64,000 bases of DNA from Alphaproteobacteria bacterium (GTDB taxonomy: Bacteria; Pseudomonadota; Alphaproteobacteria; GCA-2731375), in the NCBI GenBank assembly GCA_965232515.1, contig CBDDPY010000002.1, positions 6,496,001 through 6,560,000 on the forward strand. Reading direction: 5' to 3'. The notes under the pieces are model-generated. The model saw nothing but the letters and a program-made list of their open reading frames with translations, searched no databases and was not told where the DNA came from. Made by a program: the position numbers and the translations under genes. Position 1 is the stretch's first letter, and every line of letters starts with the position of its first letter. Shown here in pieces: positions 1-7,926 of the stretch.

Positions 1-2
1 TG

Positions 3-266
3 CGCGTGCGCGTTGCGAAAATGCTTCGAACCTTTTCCGAACTGTCTGCCGGTGCGACCGTGCTGGAAGGACGCCAGGCCGTTCTCGCCCAAACTCTCGG
101 CACGTCACGCGTGTCGATCAGCAAAATCCTCCATGAGCTGCAGGATATCGGTCTGATTTCGGTTCAGCGCGGCAAGATCACCATCGAGGACCGCCAGGTG
201 CTGGACGATTGGATCGCCCGCCACAACCTTGTGGGCGAACTGGACGCAGAGGCCACGAACATCTGA
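3..266 (+). CDS. Crp/Fnr family transcriptional regulator, C-terminal HTH (5'-partial)
   Basis: RQAVLAQTLGTSRVSISKILHELQDIGLISVQRGKITI is a Crp-type HTH; frame is open to the window edge. Confidence 0.85.
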   Translation, partial: RVRVAKMLRTFSELSAGATVLEGRQAVLAQTLGTSRVSISKILHELQDIGLISVQRGKITIEDRQVLDDWIARHNLVGELDAEATNI

Positions 267-390
267 TCGAGCGCGCCGCCGTCCTTCGAGACGCGCCTCT
301 GGCGCGCATCAGGATGACGGTCCTGGCGGCGTCATGATCCTGCGGCGCGTCCCGACGGGGCGTATTTCGAAGGATGCCGTCGGTCGATCG

Positions 391-2157
391 TCACCGTGCC
401 CGCTCCCGCTCGTACGCGGCAACGAGCCGTTTGAACTGTGCGGCGCCCTCGATCCCTTTGTGCATGTCAAGCATGACGTCCTGGAGCTTGGTCAGATTGC
501 CCGCCTGCTTGGCGATCATCTTGTCGTATTGCGGGCCGAAGCGGCGATCGATGGTCGCACCCGTCAAATACTGCATCACTGCCAACTGTTGGGTGTCGGA
601 GCCTTCGTGCAGAACGACGTTGAGATCGTGGTCGGTCAGCCCTTGGTAGTGTTGGATTTTCTCCAGCTCTTCGGCGCAGGCGCCATTGCGCAGCACGACA
701 TTCATGTAACGTTGCGCTTTCGCTTGAAGCCCTTTTGCATCCGTTATGCGGTTTTCCGGCGGCAGTCTGCTGTTCCACAGATCCGCCTCGGTTTCGGCGA
801 TCGCCAGGCACTCCAGAAAAAGCCGATCGTCGGCGGCCTTTTTGACGTCATCCCAGTGGTCGCCGGCCGCATACAAGTCTTTGTACAACTGCAGGGCCTT
901 TTGCGGATCGATCTTGTCGCGCTTGATATCGGTTTGGAATTCTCTGAGGCGCCTGGTCAGTCGACGATCCAATTCAGGATAGATCGGATCGCTTGCGTGG
1001 CTCACCGGATCCGTCGGTCTGACGTTGGCAGCGGCACGCGCGTATGCGCGCTGATCGCGCCTTGCGGCGTCCGCCATGCCAACGATGACTGATTTTGTCG
1101 CTTTTTCGACCTTTTCTTTGTGCTCAACGAGCCCGTGGTTGAAGGCCCGAACGTGCTCGGGCAGGCTGGACTGGAGGGCCTCTTCGCGCCGGGCGCGCTC
1201 TTGTCCGATCGCTTTCTTTAGCGCATCGGTTCGATCCACATCATTTGCTATTCCGCCAACCTCGAAGTGTTCTTCGTAGATGGTGCCCCTGCGCTCCGGG
1301 GCCGCGTCGGCCGGTTCGTCCGCTTCGGCGTCGATCTCGGCTTCGGCGTCGTTAACGGCGTCAGTGTTGTTATCGGCTTCTTCCAGAACCTCTGGTCCAT
1401 CGGCGTTGTCGGACTCGACACTATCGACCTGCACGTCGGGCACTTCAGGGAGGCCGAATTCTTCAATCACCAAAGCGTCCCTGATGGTATTGAGTTGCGC
1501 GACATAGGCCTTGAGCGAGTCCAGTTTGGTGCGCGCGGTGTGCAGTTGCCGATTGGTTGCGGCGGCGTCTCTGGCCTGCGCCATCGTCAGGGCGGCGTCC
1601 AGCCGTTCGATGCGTAGTTGCAGCGCGTCGGACAGCAAACCCAGCTTGATCAGCACCATCCGGCCCTTCGCCGGATCGTGCCGGCGCACGGCCAAAAGGC
1701 CGAGCAACAGGTTCTCGCCGAACCTTTTCACCGGATTGTCGCTTGCGGGTACGCCAGTGGCGTGTGCGGCGTCCGTCGCCTCTAGTTTCGCACCGGCCCT
1801 GTCTATCTGCACCAGTTTCCGCAAGAACCCGACCGTGGGCATGGCGCCGTTGGCCACGTCCTCGATGAGCGAATCGACGCTTTTGTCGAAGCCGTGTTCC
1901 GCGTCTTCCCTTATTGCTTGGACATTGCCGAAGGCCAATTTCGTATTGCGCGCGACCGAGTGGCCGATCCCCAGAAGGCCGCCCCGCTGCCGATCGATGC
2001 GCGCTTTCGTACGGAGCTCAAGCTTGCCCGACAGCGTCGTCATGATTTCCGCAAGGGGGCGCCCCTGCGTCGTTTTGAACGTCGTCTCGGTCGGAACCGG
2101 GACGAACTCGGTGCCGGCGGTGAGTTGATCCCGGTTCAGGCGGCTCCATTCGGGCAT
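391..2157 (-). CDS. Hypothetical protein, candidate type III secreted effector (588 aa)
   Basis: ATG at 2157 with AAGGA RBS, directly downstream of a CesT-like chaperone; helical/coiled-coil with an acidic linker; no family recognised. Confidence 0.7.
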   Translation of the reverse strand: MPEWSRLNRDQLTAGTEFVPVPTETTFKTTQGRPLAEIMTTLSGKLELRTKARIDRQRGGLLGIGHSVARNTKLAFGNVQAIREDAEHGFDKSVDSLIEDVANGAMPTVGFLRKLVQIDRAGAKLEATDAAHATGVPASDNPVKRFGENLLLGLLAVRRHDPAKGRMVLIKLGLLSDALQLRIERLDAALTMAQARDAAATNRQLHTARTKLDSLKAYVAQLNTIRDALVIEEFGLPEVPDVQVDSVESDNADGPEVLEEADNNTDAVNDAEAEIDAEADEPADAAPERRGTIYEEHFEVGGIANDVDRTDALKKAIGQERARREEALQSSLPEHVRAFNHGLVEHKEKVEKATKSVIVGMADAARRDQRAYARAAANVRPTDPVSHASDPIYPELDRRLTRRLREFQTDIKRDKIDPQKALQLYKDLYAAGDHWDDVKKAADDRLFLECLAIAETEADLWNSRLPPENRITDAKGLQAKAQRYMNVVLRNGACAEELEKIQHYQGLTDHDLNVVLHEGSDTQQLAVMQYLTGATIDRRFGPQYDKMIAKQAGNLTKLQDVMLDMHKGIEGAAQFKRLVAAYERERAR

Positions 2158-2194
2158 GTGGCCGTTCCTTTTTTTCGCTGGTGTCCCCGACCGG

Positions 2195-2677
2195 TCAGAT
2201 CCGGACGAGCCCGGGTGCGTCCGGCGCCAAGTCGGAAGAGGCACCATCATTGGCCGCCCGCGCGGAGGTCGCGTGTCCGCCCAACTGGTCCGTTGCATGG
2301 CGTTCGCGCCAGAACCGCAGGACCTCGACAAAGCGGTCGAACTCGCGTCCGAGGACCGCGGCAGCGAGATCGTCGGTGTGGAAGACCCGGCACAGCACGA
2401 TTTCGTCGCTGACCGGGTCGATCGCCAAACTGGCGCCGCCGGTGCCGAGACCGACGAGGTTGGCCATCAGCAATTCTTCCATTACGGCGCTGCGGCCGTT
2501 GTCCGGCATGGGCCCGACTGCGGCGGTCATGGAGAATTGCGCGTCATCGCCGGTCGGACCGATATCGACGGCCATCTCGTCGTCGACCATGAGCTGGATA
2601 CCGTCGTCGGTGTCCAGATCGACCGTGTCGGCGCCGTGCGCTTGCGCCCACGCCGTCAGCATTTCCGCCAGAGCCAT
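2195..2677 (-). CDS. CesT/SycE-family (class I) type III secretion chaperone
   Basis: 160 aa, acidic; ELLMANL..GTGGASLAID motif and C-terminal amphipathic helix FDRFVEVLRFWR. Confidence 0.85.
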   Translation of the reverse strand: MALAEMLTAWAQAHGADTVDLDTDDGIQLMVDDEMAVDIGPTGDDAQFSMTAAVGPMPDNGRSAVMEELLMANLVGLGTGGASLAIDPVSDEIVLCRVFHTDDLAAAVLGREFDRFVEVLRFWRERHATDQLGGHATSARAANDGASSDLAPDAPGLVRI

Positions 2678-2976
2678 GTCAACCCGTCCGTCTTCCCAAG
2701 CGCCTTGCCGCGTTCAGCGAGATTGGAACCACAGTTCCGTCTGGCAGAACCTTGAACGAAACCCGCCTTGCCGACCGGACGAAATCCTGATGATCGACCG
2801 TCTGCGCGGCCGATCGCCCCGCACGTCGTTGCTCGGTCATGCCCGTCGCGAAGACAGCCGTTTGGTCACTGTTCGGTCCGAACTGGGCAGTGGGTCTTGA
2901 TCTAGCCTTGCCGCCACACTAGGCGAATGCCGGAGGCCGGGCCGGTAGGCCGACTTCCAAACAAGGGGACAAGGCG

Positions 2977-4269
2977 GTGGCGACGACGGCGGCAGCCCAT
3001 CACCGGAACTTTGGCGTCCTGCTGGTTCAGGGCGTGTTCGTCGAAATCGCCCGAAACCTGGCCGGTCCACGGCTTGTCCTGCCGTTTCTCTATCTGGCGT
3101 TCGGAGCGCCGGTCTTCCTGGCTGGCGCTCTCATTCCCCTGATCCAGCTTTCACGGGTCGCGGGGCAGATCCTGTGCGCACCGTTCATCAACGCCACGCC
3201 GGTCCTCAAGTGGTACATGGTCACCGGGTCCGTGGTTATTGCTCTTGCCCTGTCGTTGGCAGGCCTGGCAGCCGACCTGACCTCTGTTCACCTCGTTGCC
3301 GTTACGTTTCTGATCGCCGTCGCCGGCGTCGGGTTCGGTCAGGCGATTAGCCGGATCGCCTTTCAGCATATGCTCGGATCCGTGATGACCGAGGACCGGC
3401 GCGGTGCACTGTTGTTTACGCAAACGGCGGTCAGCGGCGTTGTCGCGATTGCCGTTGCCTGGCTTCTGCATCGCATATTCTCAGATGTCGGATCCCTGGA
3501 CAGCCACCTGACCTTGTTGTGGGGCGGTGTTGTCGGCTATCTCGTCGCGGCCGTTCTTGCCACGGCATTGCAGGAGTCTCGAACCGGCGATGTGGAACCG
3601 CGCCAATCGAAGGCATCGTCGGCGCTTGCAGGTTACTTCGATGCGATCAGGAGCGGCACGGCGGAAACATTCCGCGAGCCGTGGTTTCGGCGCTTCGTGG
3701 TCGCACGGTTCCTGCTCGGCTCCGTTGAATTGGCGATGCCGTTCTATGCGATCCACGCCGCATCCCTCCACGCGTCGACGCAAGGAAGCCTGAGTGTCTT
3801 CGTCATTGCGGCAAGTGCAGGGCTGGTCGTTTGCGGGCCCCTATGGCAACGGCTCTCGCGCGTTTCGCTACCCGGCCTGCTGAACACGGCCTGCGCGTTT
3901 GCTGTGGTCGCAGGCGCCATCGCCATCGCCATCGAAAACGTGCCGTTGCTGCGCCACGAAATCTGCTACGGGCTCGTCTTCTTTTTGGTTTCGGCTGCAA
4001 ATCAGGGCGTTTCCAGCGCGCGCAAGATCTACCTTGCGGAGGCGGCGCCGCCAGCGCGGCGCGCATACTACATCGCCGGAGCGGAATCGGTTGTCGGCAT
4101 GATCGGCTTGCCGTTCGCATTCGCTCTGGCTGCGCTGGCCCACCTGCAGCATGTGGTCTGGCCCATTTACCTGCTGCTCGCAATGAACGCGACCGCCATG
4201 GTCTCTGCGCTGTTTCTGATGCCGACCCACCGTCATGATCACGAACGAACGGGTGTCGGCGCTCCATGA
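2977..4269 (+). CDS. MFS transporter
   Basis: 430 aa with about 12 hydrophobic segments in two halves around a polar central loop. Confidence 0.8.
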   Translation: MATTAAAHHRNFGVLLVQGVFVEIARNLAGPRLVLPFLYLAFGAPVFLAGALIPLIQLSRVAGQILCAPFINATPVLKWYMVTGSVVIALALSLAGLAADLTSVHLVAVTFLIAVAGVGFGQAISRIAFQHMLGSVMTEDRRGALLFTQTAVSGVVAIAVAWLLHRIFSDVGSLDSHLTLLWGGVVGYLVAAVLATALQESRTGDVEPRQSKASSALAGYFDAIRSGTAETFREPWFRRFVVARFLLGSVELAMPFYAIHAASLHASTQGSLSVFVIAASAGLVVCGPLWQRLSRVSLPGLLNTACAFAVVAGAIAIAIENVPLLRHEICYGLVFFLVSAANQGVSSARKIYLAEAAPPARRAYYIAGAESVVGMIGLPFAFALAALAHLQHVVWPIYLLLAMNATAMVSALFLMPTHRHDHERTGVGAP

Positions 4270-4617
4270 AATGTATGCACCCGGCGTCAGGCTCGGCCCC
4301 CGGACGTCTGCTGCTGTGAAGAACCTGTCCGGATCATCATCGCGTCCGCGATGGTTCGGTCAGATTGCACGTACAAATGCGCGCGGAAGACAATGTCATC
4401 AGCGGCGTGCGCCAGGGCGTAAGGCGGGTCGGATACGATGTCAGGATGCCGCGGTGGCCGCGTTGGCGCGGGCGCGCCCTGTGAAACCCCGCGGACAGCG
4501 CAGTCTTCTCCCGATCAGACGGCGCCGGACCGAGACTGGGTCAGGTGATCATCCTCATCGCACCGCGAGGGCCGGCATCGTTTTGGGATTGACAGCGCAA
4601 CGGCCTGGACCGCGATC

Positions 4618-4750
4618 AAGAGAGAGTAGAGCACGCTTACGAACTCTACTGCTGCAAGCGTGCTCTAGCCCCGTTGGGCGTTCGAGCCGGGGGGGCGGGG
4701 GAGGCAACCGACAAATGCTCGAACACCTTGGGGCGTTTCGGATCTCTCCT
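4618..4750 (-). ncRNA. Candidate structured small RNA
   Basis: Two adjacent stems (4627-4638/4656-4667 perfect 12 bp; 4668-4687/4717-4734) in a gap with no convincing ORF; minus strand gives a G-U pair, a CCUCCCCC loop and a pyrimidine tail; repeat box upstream at 4820-4837. Confidence 0.4.
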
Positions 4751-4819
4751 GGCTGACGGGTGAATTGCATTTCGCGCCGTCGTGATGCATCTCAATGTAT
4801 GGCGTTCCGGCACCGGTGT

Positions 4820-4837
4820 TGTTGACGAAGTTCGGAC
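4820..4837 (-). promoter_or_regulatory. Direct-repeat box GTCCGAA-cttc-GTCAACA
   Basis: 11-bp period, matches the other island boxes; TACATT hexamer begins 38 nt downstream of the box start. Confidence 0.5.
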
Positions 4838-4883
4838 AAGTTATCGGCCTCGTCAGGTCTTGACCGCATCCGCTGGTCGGCCG

Positions 4884-5309
4884 TCATCTTTCGGGGGTGT
4901 GCTCCATCCCCTTACCGAGCGCGCCGCTGGTATAGCGGTAACGCCAGTAGCTCAATGCCTCGACGAAAACGCTCAGTTCCCGATCGAAAACCCTGAAGGA
5001 GAGACCGTCATGGGGAAACTGCCGCCAAAGGGCGATCTCGTTGCGCTTCGTATCGATGCAGAGCGCGGCACCGCCTGTGGCCTCGCCCCGGAAATTGGCC
5101 TCCAGCAGCTCGCGGTAGACTGCCTCGCTGTCGTCAGCCGGGACGGGGCCGATCGCTGCGGCGACAATGAAGCCCCCCTCATCTGATGCTGCAACGATAT
5201 CGACAATCAGGTCGTCGTCGATGACGAGATGGCCGCCGTCGGCCTCGAGCGCGACGCTGTCCCGGCCGATGGTCGCGGCAAGCTCGTTCATCAGATCGGC
5301 CAACGCCAT
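4884..5309 (-). CDS. CesT/SycE-family type III secretion chaperone (paralog of 2195-2677)
   Basis: ATG at 5309 with GGAG RBS; ELLEANFRGEATGGAALCID motif; FVEALSYWR helix. Confidence 0.85.
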   Translation of the reverse strand: MALADLMNELAATIGRDSVALEADGGHLVIDDDLIVDIVAASDEGGFIVAAAIGPVPADDSEAVYRELLEANFRGEATGGAALCIDTKRNEIALWRQFPHDGLSFRVFDRELSVFVEALSYWRYRYTSGALGKGMEHTPER

Positions 5310-5414
5310 GTCGCAATCTCCACCAATCCGGCGCCGGAGCGGGCCGGATCTGTTCCCAGTCTTGGCAGTTCGGTTTTTCGCATATCGCACGATCACATTC
5401 CGGCGGTGGCGGCG

Positions 5415-5432
5415 ATGTGACGAGATTCGGAC
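5415..5432 (-). promoter_or_regulatory. Direct-repeat box GTCCGAA-tctc-GTCACAT
   Basis: Upstream of the chaperone; GGAATGTGATC begins 31 nt after the box start, the same spacing as at 12702. Confidence 0.55.
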
Positions 5433-5519
5433 GTTCTCGCGAGCCGGCGCGGTCAATCCATCTGAAGCGGTTGCATCGCTGAACAGATCCCGCGCCAACC
5501 CGCACGCCGCATGTTCGCG

Positions 5520-6872
5520 TCAAGGTTCCGATACGGCAACCGCGCGCGTCGGTACGGGCCCGCTGCAGTGTGGTGAAGCGGACCCGCTATGACCTGTGCC
5601 GGCGTCCAGCGGCTTGCCGTGACGGCTCTTCAGCGTCAGCGACACCAGACACGACACGGCGGCAGCGACGACGAGGTACCACACAAATCCAAAGTCGTCG
5701 TGACTGCGGTCGATCATCCACACGGCCAACATCGGTGCGGTTCCGCCGAATATGGCGAAGGACAGGTTGTAGCTGATGCCGACTGCAGTGACGCGAACGC
5801 GATGTGGAAAGCTCTCGACCAGGGCGGAGGGGACGGACGCGGCCGCCAGCGCAATCAGGGCGGCAAGGCCAATCTGACCCGTCAGGATCAAGCCCGGGTC
5901 GGGGTGATGCATCAGCCAGACGAGCGGATAGGCGAGAAACACCAGTCCGGCATAACCGATGGCCATCATGCGCCGTCGACCGAACCGGTCAGACAGCAGG
6001 GCGAAAACCGGCATGAAGATGAAAAGCGAGGCGATCGAGATTGTATTGATCGTGAGTGCGGCGGACTGGGGTTCGTTGACCTGGTCGACAAGCCAACTCG
6101 CGGCGAAGACGAAAACGAGATAGTAGCCGACAGCATAGCCGACGGTCATGCCGACCCCTCTCAGGATTCCACGCCACTCTTCGCGCCAGGCTGAAAGGAG
6201 AGGCGATTTTTCTACCTTGGTTGCCGGTGTATCCGGCAGGCCGCGCCGCAACAGGTAGCCGACAATGGCGACCGCGACGCCGAACCCGAACGCAAAACGC
6301 CAAGCCGATTGGGCAAGCTCGCCGTCGGCGAACGTCATGCTCAGTACGGCACCGACGCCGGATGCCAGCAGGATTCCTGCATTCGCGCCGTTGAGGGCAA
6401 AAACGGAGAACAGCGCGCGGCGGCCGTGGGGCGAATGTTCGGCCAGATAGACGACCGAGCTTGTGTACTCGCCGCCCACGGCCAGACCCTGGGCCATGCG
6501 CAAGACGACCATAAGTATCGCCGCCGCAATCCCGATCGATTCGTAGGTGGGTAAAACGGCGATGAGCCCGATGGGCACAGCCATCATCAGAATTGACAGA
6601 ACCAGCGCCCGACTGCGGCCATGCTTGTCGCCGATATGGCCGAAGAGCGCCGCACCGACAGGGCGCATCAGAAAGCCTGCTGCAAAGGCACCGAAAGACG
6701 CGATAAGTGAAACCGTGGGGTCTTCCGACGGAAAGAACTGACGCGCAATGATCGGAGCGAAGTAGCCGTAGATCGCAAAGTCGTACCATTCGAGGACGTT
6801 ACCGACGGCGGCGGCGGTTGCCAGCCGTCGCAGCGGTTTGCCGGTCGTCTGCCCATGGCTTGAATTGGTCAT
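5520..6872 (-). CDS. MFS metabolite:H+ symporter (ProP/ShiA-like)
   Basis: GNVLEWYDFAIYG, GFLMRPVGAALFGHIGDKHGR and RMAQGLAVGGEY motifs. Confidence 0.92.
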   Translation of the reverse strand: MTNSSHGQTTGKPLRRLATAAAVGNVLEWYDFAIYGYFAPIIARQFFPSEDPTVSLIASFGAFAAGFLMRPVGAALFGHIGDKHGRSRALVLSILMMAVPIGLIAVLPTYESIGIAAAILMVVLRMAQGLAVGGEYTSSVVYLAEHSPHGRRALFSVFALNGANAGILLASGVGAVLSMTFADGELAQSAWRFAFGFGVAVAIVGYLLRRGLPDTPATKVEKSPLLSAWREEWRGILRGVGMTVGYAVGYYLVFVFAASWLVDQVNEPQSAALTINTISIASLFIFMPVFALLSDRFGRRRMMAIGYAGLVFLAYPLVWLMHHPDPGLILTGQIGLAALIALAAASVPSALVESFPHRVRVTAVGISYNLSFAIFGGTAPMLAVWMIDRSHDDFGFVWYLVVAAAVSCLVSLTLKSRHGKPLDAGTGHSGSASPHCSGPVPTRAVAVSEP

Positions 6873-6963
6873 GCCGCGTCCCTGGCGGTCATCCCGCTCG
6901 TTTTTTTTGGGCGGTGAGCGCCTGATCTCGGGTCATGTGGATTTCCTTCTGGCCGGTGCGCGG

Positions 6964-7650
6964 TTAGGAGGGCACGCCGTCCTCGCTGACGACTCCGGGC
7001 TTGATGAGCCCCGACGTCGCATCTGCGAAACCGTGCAGCATGAACTGGATGGCGACTGCACACAGAAAAAGCCCAAGAATGCGCGTAGCAATATCGAGGC
7101 CGTTTTGACCCAGGAGTTTCTGAACCAGACCGCCTGCCAGCAGAACTGTCATTACGACAAGCGTGGCGCCCACGGCGACGATCGACATGGCGAGACTGGC
7201 GGTCAGAGACGTTGCGTGATGGGCAAAGACGATCACCGTACTGATGGTGCTGGGTCCGACAAACATAGGAACACCGATCGGAACCAAAATGCCGCTTAGT
7301 CGCGCTCCGGCAATAGCCAGATTGGAACCGTTCTCCGGAATGTCACGCTTCGCATCGGCGGTGACCTCGAGAGTGCCGCGCGCCATGCTCAGCCCCACCA
7401 GCAGGATGATAATTCCGCCCGCGATGCGAAACGCCGGCAACGTGATCCCGAAGAAACTCAGAACCATCGTGCCGGTGTAAATGAACAGGATGACAAATAC
7501 GGCGATGAAGACGCTCAAAAGAACTGCCATTTGCAGCCGCACAATCGGGCGTGCGTCGGATGTTGCGCTCACGAAGACCGGCAGATTGCCCAGCGGGTTC
7601 AGTACCGCGACTAACGCGGTGAAAAAGCTGATGTAGAAACTGGTGTCCAC
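6964..7650 (-). CDS. MarC family integral membrane protein
   Basis: LNPLGNLPVF, FRIAGGIIILLVG, PMFVGPSTI and TRILGLFL motifs; GTG start with GAAGGA RBS. Confidence 0.9.
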   Translation of the reverse strand: MDTSFYISFFTALVAVLNPLGNLPVFVSATSDARPIVRLQMAVLLSVFIAVFVILFIYTGTMVLSFFGITLPAFRIAGGIIILLVGLSMARGTLEVTADAKRDIPENGSNLAIAGARLSGILVPIGVPMFVGPSTISTVIVFAHHATSLTASLAMSIVAVGATLVVMTVLLAGGLVQKLLGQNGLDIATRILGLFLCAVAIQFMLHGFADATSGLIKPGVVSEDGVPS

Positions 7651-7926
7651 GGTTCGTCCTTCGGATCGGCAGACATCGCTGCGCGACGCATGACAGCTGT
7701 CGCCAATCCATACCGGACGCCGTTTGACCATGTCGGACCATCCCCGGACGGCGTCGGCGAACGGCGCTTCGTGTGCAGGGGGTTTGACGACGCGGTCCGA
7801 ACCGGATGCAAGGGGGATGGGGAAAGTCCGTATCGGTACCGTCCTCGTCCCTGAGGACGGCCGCCGAGGGACAACGCGTTTTCGATGGGCGCCGACGCTA
7901 GTGCAACACTGGGACCGGATAGGCCT

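Noticed and set aside
2720-2738. HrpL/ECF-type promoter (GGAAC) upstream of chaperones
   Set aside because: No conserved -10 (CCAC) at 15-16 nt across the sites.
4235-4770. ORFs 4235-4756 (+) and 4555-4770 (-)
   Set aside because: Arg/Pro/Gly-rich with no clear RBS or motif; better explained as non-coding.
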